Assembly: GCF_006345805.1 (NCBI RefSeq)
Contig: NW_021828376.1
Location: 1 to 8,497, forward strand
Source of the DNA: Octopus sinensis
Taxonomy: Eukaryota
Reading direction: 5' to 3'
Length of the DNA: 8,497 bases
The position numbers and the translations under genes are program-made. Within the stretch, counting starts at the first letter, position 1, and each line of letters begins with the position of its first letter. Shown piece after piece: positions 1 to 7,465 of the stretch. Below the pieces are notes generated by a model. It searched no databases and had not been told where the DNA came from. It worked only from the letters and a program-made list of their open reading frames with translations.

Positions 1-12
1 TTTTTATAATAT

Positions 13-122
13 ATCCCTCGTGAAGTTTATCTCTCCGTAAACTATCCTTGCAGTGAACTTTCCTCGCAGTGAACGTTCCTTACGGTGAACTTTGCGGGGA
101 ATTGATGACAGTGAACTTACCG
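13..122. repeat. Degenerate ~16-bp tandem repeat (TCCTYRCRGTGAACKT-like)
   Basis: Adjacent units tccttgcagtgaactt (45-60), tcctcgcagtgaacgt (61-76) and tccttacggtgaactt (77-92). Weaker units lie at 13-43, and cagtgaactt recurs at 109-118. Confidence 0.75.
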
Positions 123-393
123 GACATGAAGTCTCCATAGTAGCTCTACTTCCTATGCTTCCTTTGTAGATTCTCAGCCCCTCCTTTAGTTGCACACCCA
201 AAGTATAACTAGTATACCTTCCACTGTTACAACACCCTCGCATTTAAAAGAATACCAGTGGGCCTACCTGCTCACCGCTCCGAGCGAAATTAGGATTTAA
301 CGATTCTCACATAATCATTCCACCTTTCTATAATCTACTTCATGATTAAATATCCCTACTCTATCCATTTCATTATTTACTTTTATCTATATT

Positions 394-703
394 TAGCCTA
401 GTGGTTAGAGCAGCGGACTTGCTGTCGAGGGATCGCGCGTTCGAATCTCAGCCCGGGCGATGTGTGTGTTTATGAGCGAAACACCTAAGCTCCACGCAGC
501 TCCGGCAGAAAGTAATGGCGAAACTTCTGCTGACTCTTTCGCCACAACATTCTCTCACTATTTCCTCCTGCATCTTGCAGCTCACCTGCGACGGACTGGC
601 GTCCCGTCCAGGTAGGGGAACTCATACGCCAATGAAACCGGGGAAACCGGCCCTTATGAACCAGATATGGCTCGAGAAGGAGCAAACAAAAACAACAAAC
701 AAA
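394..703 (+). mobile_element. tRNA-derived SINE, 5'-truncated, with V-domain-like segment and A/C-rich tail
   Basis: Pol III A box TAGCCTAGTGG (394-404) and B box GTTCGAATC (439-447). No tRNA acceptor stem; the sequence continues into a non-tRNA body. CCTGCGACGGACTGGCGTCCCGTCCAGG (585-612) resembles the V-SINE domain as recalled. Tail aaacaaaaacaacaaacaaa (684-703). Possible TSD ATATTTA at 389-395 and 703-709. Confidence 0.8.
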
Positions 704-847
704 TATTTACCATCGATTAACGCTGGACTTACCGTCTTATTTTATTTAATCCCTTGATTCTTAATGAGAATATATCTTCATTAACACAACGTATACTCAA
801 ACCTTAATTTTATATTTTAACTTTATTTTCATAATCATTTTTTTTGT

Positions 848-1266
848 TTACTCTCTTTACTCTTTTACTCTCTTTAACTTGTTTCAGTCATTTGACTGCG
901 GCCATGCTGGAGCAACCGCTTTTCGAGCAAATCGACCCCGGACTTATTCCTTTGTAAGCCCAGTACTTATTCTATCGGTCTCTTTTGCCGAACTGCTAAG
1001 TGACGGGGACGTAAACACACCCGCATCGGTTGTCAAGCGATGCTAGGGGACAAACACATACACACAAACACACACACACATACAGTATATATTATATATT
1101 ACGACAGGCTTCTTTCAGTTTTCCGTCTACCAATCCACTCACAAGGCATTGGTCGGCCCGAGGAGCTATAGCAGAAGACACTTGCCCAAGGATGCCACGC
1201 AGTGGGACTGAACCCGAACCATGTGGTTGGTAAGCCGCTACTTACCACACAGCCACTCCTGTGCCT
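848..1266 (-). mobile_element. tRNA-derived CORE-like SINE (family B), complete copy: head + internal microsatellite + 3' module + tail
   Basis: On the minus strand: A box TGGCTGTGTGG (1245-1255), B box GTTCAGTCC (1205-1213), CORE-like CCTTGGGCAAG (1181-1191), CA/TA linker (~1055-1100), and a 3' module ending CCAGCATGGCCGCAGTCAAATGACTGAAACAAG followed by a (GAGTAAA)-like tail (848-880). Homologous segments recur at 5858-6060, 6508-6659, 8086-8120 and 8261-8418. Confidence 0.9.
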
Positions 1267-1365
1267 CTTTATCATGTTTATTTTTCGTATTTATGATATT
1301 AATTTTTTATCTTTGTTTCAAATTGTAACTCTTAGATCTTTTGTTTCCTAGTATGGCATATATCT

Positions 1366-1383
1366 CTACTACTACTACTACTA
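1366..1383. repeat. (CTA)6 microsatellite
   Basis: Perfect ctactactactactacta. Confidence 0.9.
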
Positions 1384-1449
1384 AGCTAGCCCCGATTCTC
1401 CCTTCTTCCCTAAACAAATTGACTACCGGCTACATCGGACATCTGCGAC

Positions 1450-1714
1450 TACATCGGACATCTGGTATCAAAAAGTTCCCGGATTAGTTACGTTTAATAA
1501 ATAACTTATTTATCTAAGTTTTAGCATCACTTCCTTCGAAATAGTCACTTTGCGCAACAATACACCGGTTTCAGTGTTCCTGCTACTTTTGGAATCCGGT
1601 CTTGGGAGTCGTTTTCCGTAAGCGAGTTGAGGACCTGCGATTCGCTCTTGATTTGGACAACGGATTCCAAAACTCTCAATGCGCGCGCAACCGCGTGCTG
1701 CCATCTGTTGGCAC

Positions 1715-1716
<2 letters not shown>
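1450..1716 (-). mobile_element. Degraded Tc1/mariner remnant: TIR-like end, transposase C-terminus and non-coding segment
   Basis: The left end TA-catcggacatctggtatcaaaaagttcccggattag resembles mariner TIRs (TCAAAAAGT..CCGG core). The transposase C-terminal fragment follows immediately on the minus strand. No matching right TIR is seen in the window. Confidence 0.7.
1514..1658 (-). pseudogene. Mariner transposase C-terminal fragment with frameshift and stops
   Basis: Hand translation: [20 protein letters not shown][+1][25 protein letters not shown]. This matches the mariner terminal motif W/L..RW..C....G.YFE (cf. Mos1 LPERWEKCVASDGKYFE). Confidence 0.85.
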
Positions 1717-1746
<30 letters not shown>

Positions 1747-1753
1747 CATACAT

Positions 1754-1802
<49 letters not shown>

Positions 1803-1896
1803 CCATTATATATATACATACATACATACATATATTATACATACATATATATATATAATATATATATATATCTAATATATATATAACTATATATAG

Positions 1897-1928
<32 letters not shown>

Positions 1929-1975
1929 TATATGTATATATGTATGTATGTAATGGTATGTATGTATGTATGTAT
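1717..1975. repeat. Compound (TACA)n/(TA)n/(TATG)n microsatellite
   Basis: Directly visible. Confidence 0.95.
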
Positions 1976-1980
1976 TTATT

Positions 1981-2024
1981 CAGAGAGAAAAAGAGAGTGA
2001 CAGAAATACAGAAGAGAGACAGAA

Positions 2025-2056
<32 letters not shown>

Positions 2057-2085
2057 AAGAGAGAGGGGGAAAGAGAGAGAGAAAG
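1981..2085. repeat. Interrupted (AG)n/(AGAC) purine tract
   Basis: Directly visible agagagagacagagagagag runs. Confidence 0.95.
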
Positions 2086-2242
2086 CAGGAGATTATACGA
2101 TGTTATTATTCCCTTTCGCCTCGTTGTGGAAATGGTATTCGTAGCAATGGTGATGGAGTTGATGGCGGTGACGTGTAGGGATAAATGCGGTGGTGGTGGA
2201 GGCGATGGTGTTATTGCTGATGTAGGTGGTGGTGGAGGTGGT

Positions 2243-3072
2243 GATGGCGATAGTGGTGGTGGTGTTGACGGTGGTAGTGATGGTGAACCAGTGGGGGCCG
2301 TGATGGTGGTGGTGGTGGTGATGGCGATAGTGGTGGTGTTGACGGTGGTAGTGACGGTGAACTAGTGGGGGCGGTGATGGTGGTGATGGTGAACTAGTGG
2401 TGGCGGTGATGGTGGCGGTGGTGGTGGTGGTGGTGGTGATGGCGATAGTGGTGGTGTTGACCGTGGTAGTGATGGGGGACTAGTGGGGGCGGTGATGGTG
2501 GTGGTGGTGGTGGTGATGGCGATAGTGGTGGTGTTGACCGTGGTAGTGATGGGGGACTAGTGGGGGCGGTGATGGTGGTGGTGGTGGTGGTGATGGCGAT
2601 AGTGGTGGTGTTGACCGTGGTAGTGATGGGGGACTAGTGGGGGCGTGATGGGTGGTGTGGATGGTGGTGATGGGATAGTGGTGGTGTGACCGTGGTAGTG
2701 ATGGGGAACTAGTGGGGGCGGTGATGTGGTGGTGGTGGTGGGATGGCGATATAGTGGTGGTGTTGACCGTGGTAGTGATGGGGGACTAGTGGGGGCGGTG
2801 ATGGTGGTGGTGTGGTGGTGGTGAATGGCGATAGTGGTGGTGTTGACCGTGGTAGATGGGAACTAGTGGGGCGGGATGGGGTGGTGGTGGTGGTGATGGC
2901 GATAGTAGTGGTGGTGTTGACCGTGTAGTGATGGGGAACTAGTGGGGGCGGTGGTGGTGGTGGGGTGTGGTGGTGATGGCGATAGTGGTGGTGTTGACCG
3001 TGGTAGTGATGGGGAACTAGTGGGGGCGGTGATGGTGGTGGTGGTGGTGGTGGTGGTGGTGGTGGTGGTGGT
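2243..3072. repeat. G-rich minisatellite, 10 units of ~77 bp, within a GGT-rich tract (~2139-3130)
   Basis: Units start near 2243, 2320, 2438, 2515, 2592, 2669, 2742, 2823, 2895 and 2975. Consensus GATGGCGATAGTGGTGGTGTTGACCGTGGTAGTGATGGGGRACTAGTGGGGGCGGTGAT(GGT)n. Units 3 and 4 are identical. Confidence 0.95.
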
Positions 3073-3220
3073 GTTCGTGGACATGGTCAGTGGTGGTTGT
3101 AGCGTCGTTGGCGGGGGGGTGGTGGTGGTGGATGCTTTGTAAGGTCGGATAAGTGCAGATCGTGGCGAGAGTTCCAGCGAACGGCACGTACATCTGTTGG
3201 CATGAAATGTCTCAAGATGA

Positions 3221-3290
3221 CAGTAGCAACGGCAACAACAACAACAACAGTAGCAGCAGCAGCAACAAGTGCAATAACAACAACAACAAA
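3221..3290. repeat. (CAA)n/(CAG)n compound microsatellite
   Basis: Directly visible. Confidence 0.9.
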
Positions 3291-3414
3291 CCATGAATAG
3301 AACTATTATGTAGTCTTTCGATTTGCTAGAAGTAGCAATCGAATGTCCCTCAAATAACAACCTAGCTAGTTGGCGTTTTCCGTCTTTGGTCGACTGTTTT
3401 GCAAATAATGTCTT

Positions 3415-3466
3415 TGCGTTAAATTGGGCAAAAAACGCTGCTGAAACGTATGAAATGCTCCAGACT
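3415..3466 (+). pseudogene. Mariner transposase N-terminal (HTH) fragment with frameshift
   Basis: tgc gtt aaa ttg ggc aaa [extra A in the A6 run 3430-3435] aac gct gct gaa acg tat gaa atg ctc cag act = CVKLGK/NAAETYEMLQT. This resembles the mariner N-terminal motif FCVKLGK.A.ET..ML. The match is short. Confidence 0.65.
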
Positions 3467-3545
3467 GGTTGTAGATTAACTTTTACGCTGGCACTATATC
3501 TTCAATCAACAACCTCACGATATTGTATACTGTGCGCGACGTCTA

Positions 3546-3621
3546 TAATATAATAATAATAATAAAATAATAATAATAATAATATATAATTAATAATAAT
3601 AATAGATGATGATGATGATGA

Positions 3622-3654
<33 letters not shown>

Positions 3655-3717
3655 AATATAATAATAATAATAATAATATAATAATAATATAATAATAATA
3701 ATAATATAATAATAAAA
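3546..3717. repeat. (TAA)n-(GAT)n-(TAA)n compound microsatellite
   Basis: Directly visible. Confidence 0.95.
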
Positions 3718-4526
3718 ATGCCCTGATGCAGTGCGAGGCACTGGCTCTCATGGCTTCTGATCTTAACTGATTGGAAGTGTTATCATGTACATTGTTTTGT
3801 CTTGGTATAAAAGATGGGCTACAGCAAATATTCTGCTCAATACCTATTTCTTTATTACCCACAAGGGGCTAAACACAGAGGGTCAAACAAGGACAGACAT
3901 AGGTATTAAGTCGAATACATCGACCCCAGTGCGTAACTGGTACTTAATTTATCGACCCCGAAAGGATGAAAGGCAAAGTCGACCTCGGCGGAATTTGAAC
4001 TCACAACGTAACGGCAGACGAAATACCGCTAAGCATTTCGCCCGGCGTGCTAACGTTTCTGCCAGCTCGCCGCCTTTTTCTGCTCAATACCACAGATTTG
4101 CTTGTCAGTTGTTTGACCTTAACCAGTTGAGCATGTCCCTTAGTGGCTAATGGTATGTGCATCTCTGATCACGAGCAGAAGTAAATGGGGGAGCATCATA
4201 GCCATGTGTTGAGAGGAAATCTTTGGGGTTTGAGTAATTCGCCTCTGGAAACATATTGGTTGCGTCACATCACTCTTAAAAACCCTCATTCAGGGACCTT
4301 TTGAGCGAGATGGGTTACTCGATCTGAAGAAAATTCTAACTGGGCCCCACCTGCAAGGTCATGCGCTGTTTTTCTTGATATGAGATCACCATGTCGTGCA
4401 GATATGGTTGTTGTGATGCATGTGCCTGGTGTACCCTTATCAGACGGGTAGTCATGATGGGGAATACTGGGCTTCGCATATTTGCATATTAGAGTCACTT
4501 TGATGGCATGTGCTGCTCTCTCACTC
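3718..4526. mobile_element. Interspersed non-coding element (family D, ~560 bp net), interrupted by a SINE at 3845-4077
   Basis: The sequence atgccctgatgcag...ctgctctctcactc is recognised as a common Octopus-type interspersed repeat (recall, not a search). It reads continuously across the insertion once one TSD copy is removed, and both ends abut AAT/GAT tracts. Class and orientation are undetermined. Confidence 0.6.
3845..4077 (-). mobile_element. tRNA-derived SINE (family C), apparently full length, with 14-bp TSD
   Basis: The minus strand begins AAAGGCGGCGAGCTGGCAGAAACGTTAG (A-box-like), has B box GAGTTCAAATTCC and central GTCGACTTTGCCTTTCATCCTTTCGGGGTCGATAAATTAAGTACCAG, and ends AATAAAGAAATA. 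It is flanked by identical TTCTGCTCAATACC at 3831-3844 and 4078-4091. Confidence 0.92.
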
Positions 4527-4549
4527 AACAATAATGATGATGATGATGG

Positions 4550-4598
<49 letters not shown>

Positions 4599-4757
4599 AA
4601 TGATGGTGATGATGGTGGTGGTGGTGATGGTGGTGATGGTGTTGATGATGATGATGATGATGATGATGATAGCGGTGGTGATGATGATGGTGATGGTGAT
4701 GATGATGGTGATGAAAATAATAACAACAACAACAATAACAATAATAATAATGATAAT
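4527..4757. repeat. (GAT)n/(GGT)/(AAC)/(AAT) compound microsatellite
   Basis: Directly visible. Confidence 0.95.
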
Positions 4758-4934
4758 GGAGATATTTCTCTACTTCTTTATTGCCATATTGGGTGGTGTC
4801 ACAGCACGTATAGACGACATATTAATGCCTGAAAGAGACCTTTGAGGAATTTTAAAGGGACCTCACGCATCCCAAGAAATGACCAAACCGACATTCTACT
4901 GTCCAGAGCGTGATTTTTTCCTATTGCTCTCTTG

Positions 4935-5113
4935 ATGGTGTTGTTGATGTGGTGGTGGTGGTGGTGGTGGTGGTGGTGGTAGTGGTGGTGGTGGTGGTGG
5001 TGGTAGTGGTGGTGGTGGTGGTGGTAGTGGTGGTGGTGGTGGTGGTGGTGGTGGTAGTGGTGGTGGTGGTGGTGGTAGTGGTGGTGGTGGTGGTGGTGGT
5101 GGTGGTGGTGGTG
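4935..5113. repeat. (GGT)n microsatellite with AGT interruptions
   Basis: Near-pure GGT with A at 4981, 5005, 5026, 5056 and 5077. Confidence 0.95.
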
Positions 5114-5172
5114 GGACTGTTGCGGCCATATATACGCGTGCATATGTACATCTCTTTCAAACACACTCGCAG

Positions 5173-5173
<1 letters not shown>

Positions 5174-5209
<36 letters not shown>

Positions 5210-5330
5210 AACAAAAAAACAAATATATAATCATAAATGCATATTTGGTATACATGTATACATATACATATACATTATACATGTTCATATACGTATATAC
5301 ATGTATCATATGAATATATATTCAGGTATA

Positions 5331-5380
<50 letters not shown>

Positions 5381-5433
5381 GTATGTATGTAGTATATATA
5401 TGTATGTATGTATATATATGTATATATATATAT

Positions 5434-5464
<31 letters not shown>

Positions 5465-5513
5465 GTATATATATATATATATATATAATATATAATATAT
5501 ATATATATATAAC

Positions 5514-5545
<32 letters not shown>

Positions 5546-5632
5546 ATATTGTATGTATGTATATATATGTATGTATGATATATATGTATATATATATATT
5601 AGTAGGTATATATATGTATGTATATATAGTAT

Positions 5633-5670
<38 letters not shown>

Positions 5671-5840
5671 ACATATATATATATAAAGATAGATATATAC
5701 ATACTATGTATGCGTATACATATGTCTATGTATGCATGTGTGCACATATTTACACACACACACACACACACACACCAAACACACACAGACACACACTCAT
5801 ACACATCTCTCTGTCTGTCACACACACACACACACATATA
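5174..5840. repeat. (CA)n-(TA/TATG)n-(CA)n compound microsatellite block
   Basis: CA at 5174-5205, TA/TATG at ~5221-5740, CA at ~5751-5836. Confidence 0.95.
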
Positions 5841-5857
5841 GCTTCATTTTTTTCCAT

Positions 5858-6060
5858 TTGTTTCAGTCATTTGACTGCGGCCATGCTGGAGCATTGCCTT
5901 TAGTCAAACAAATCGACCCGAGGACTTATTCTTTGTAAGCAAGCCTAGCACTTATTTTATCGAACTCTTTTGCCGAACCGCTGGATTCCGGGGACGTAAA
6001 CACACCAACATCGGTGTCAAGCGATGTGGGGGACAAACACAGACACACAAACATATACAT
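5858..6060 (-). mobile_element. Family B SINE, 3' module (copy 2)
   Basis: tttcagtcatttgactgcggccatgctggagca...ggggacgtaaacacacc...ggggacaaacac aligns by eye with 880-1060. Confidence 0.92.
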
Positions 6061-6064
6061 ACAC

Positions 6065-6376
6065 AAGAGCACTCCATCGGTTACGACGACGAAGGTTCCA
6101 GCTGTTACGAGCAACGTAACAGCTTGCTCGTAAAATTAACGTGCAAGTGACTGAGCACTCCACAGACACCTGTACCCTTAACGTAGGTCTCGAGGAGATT
6201 CAGTGTCACACAGAGTGTGACAAGGCTGGCCCTTTGAAATACAGGTTCTACTCATTTTTGCCAGCTGTGCGGACTGAAGCCACGTGAAGTAAAGTGTCTT
6301 GCACGTCGCCGAGAATTGAACTCACGACTTTACGATCCTGAGCTGTATACTCTAACCTCACTAAGCAACGAGTCTT

Positions 6377-6379
<3 letters not shown>
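6065..6379 (-). mobile_element. tRNA-derived SINE (family E) nested in the linker of family B copy 2
   Basis: The minus strand starts GTGAAGACTCGTTGCTTAGTGAGGTTAG (degenerate A box), has B box GTTCAATTC (6313-6321), then CORE-like GCAAGACACTTT. It lies between the two halves of a family B SINE and is flanked by CA repeats. Confidence 0.8.
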
Positions 6380-6455
<76 letters not shown>

Positions 6456-6507
6456 ACAGACACACACTCATATATATGTGCGTATATAAATATATATATA
6501 TATATAT
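6378..6507. repeat. (CA)n/(TA)n microsatellite (expanded family B linker)
   Basis: Directly visible; it abuts acgacgggcttctttcag as the linker does in copy 1. Confidence 0.9.
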
Positions 6508-6658
6508 ACGACGGGCTTCTTTCAGTTTCCGTCTACCAAATCCACTCACAAGGCTTTGGTCAGCCCAAGGCTATAGTAGAAGTCACTTGCTCAAGGTACC
6601 ATGCAGTAGGACTGAACCCAGAACCATGTTGTTGGTAAGCAAGCTTCTTACCTCCGCC

Positions 6659-6659
<1 letters not shown>
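6508..6659 (-). mobile_element. Family B SINE head (copy 2) with A box deleted
   Basis: Aligns with 1100-1266, but cttaccacacagccactcctgtgcct is reduced to cttacctccgcct. The B box GTTCAGTCC is retained. Confidence 0.92.
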
Positions 6660-6702
<43 letters not shown>

Positions 6703-6735
6703 CACACATATAGATATATATACATCTATACATAC
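6660..6735. repeat. (CA)n/(TA)n microsatellite
   Basis: Directly visible. Confidence 0.9.
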
Positions 6736-6907
6736 AGATCTATTGACATAAGTACAGATTCATATCCTCACACACATACAATTACCGCTCTTACGTGCAT
6801 ATTGGCACGTATCCCACATAATATGCACCCACGCAGAATTACAGAGCCCTGCCAACATGGAGGCCTTTTCTAACCATCATATCAATCGCAGGCAGTACTG
6901 AACCATT

Positions 6908-6971
6908 ACTACTACTACTTCTAACTACCACCACCACCACCACCACCACCACCACCACTACTACTATTACC

Positions 6972-7004
<33 letters not shown>

Positions 7005-7345
7005 TACTACTACTACTAGTAATTAGCAGTAGTAGTAGCAACACCGTCATCCATAACAGTGACTGCGACACCATCACCGGCACCATCATCACCATCATCT
7101 TCGTAGTCGGTGTCGCTCTCTTCCCCTCTCTGCAGCTCTCTTCTCGCCCTTCTTCTCTCCTTCTCCTCATCTCCTCGCCTCCTTCACCTCCTCCTTCATC
7201 TTGTTTTGTCGCCATCATCATCATCATCGTCATCATCATCAGGAACAGCAGCAACTGCATCAACATCATCATCATCATCATCATCATCCCCGCCATCGTC
7301 TTCGCCAACGCCACGTCATCACAAACCCCATAATCACCCTCATCA
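6908..7345. repeat. (ACT)/(ACC) microsatellite followed by cryptic (CAT)/(CCT)/(CAG) low-complexity tract
   Basis: ACT/ACC runs at 6908-7020 and degenerate triplet repeats to ~7345. Confidence 0.85.
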
Positions 7346-7384
7346 CCAGCCCCAACACAAACATTACATCATTTCCAGTATAGT

Positions 7385-7465
7385 TTAAGGTTAGAGTCAT
7401 GATTAGGGTTAAGGTCATGGATAGAATAAGGGGTCAACCTTAGGGTTAAGTTTAGGGTTGAAGGG
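7385..7465 (+). repeat. Degenerate telomere-like (TTAGGG) patch
   Basis: Perfect TTAGGG at 7403, 7440 and 7452; variants TTAAGG (7385, 7409), TTAGAG (7391) and TTAAGT (7446). Confidence 0.7.

Noticed and set aside
201-220. Imperfect palindrome aagtataactagtatacctt
   Set aside because: Short, AT-rich and needs gaps; expected by chance.
4-243. 79-aa minus-strand ORF
   Set aside because: No recognisable motif, and its 3' half runs through the 16-bp tandem repeat.
394-460. Functional tRNA gene
   Set aside because: A and B boxes are present, but the 5' acceptor strand is missing and the sequence runs into a SINE body and tail.
727-735. Consensus minus-strand splice donor ACG|GTAAGT (also at 115-123)
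   Set aside because: No matching acceptor or plausible exon upstream on the minus strand; the second instance lies in a tandem repeat.
485-757. ORFs 485-685 and 515-757
   Set aside because: They lie within the SINE body.
848-1280. TSD for family B copy 1
   Set aside because: Only loose atcat/gttta similarity between the flanks; no clean duplication.
2243-3072. CRISPR array
   Set aside because: Units are head-to-tail with no unique spacers, there are no cas genes, and the context is eukaryotic.
3785-4150. 121-aa ORF
   Set aside because: It spans the antisense strand of the family C SINE and its host element; no protein similarity recognised.
4324-4330. Hammerhead ribozyme core CTGAAGA
   Set aside because: No stem II followed by GAAA could be built.
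4756-4845. Signal-peptide-like short ORF MEIFLYFFIAILGGVTARIDDILMPERDL
   Set aside because: Only 29 aa, the ATG comes from the end of an AAT/GAT repeat, and there is no convincing splice donor or promoter. Hydrophobic runs are common in T-rich DNA.
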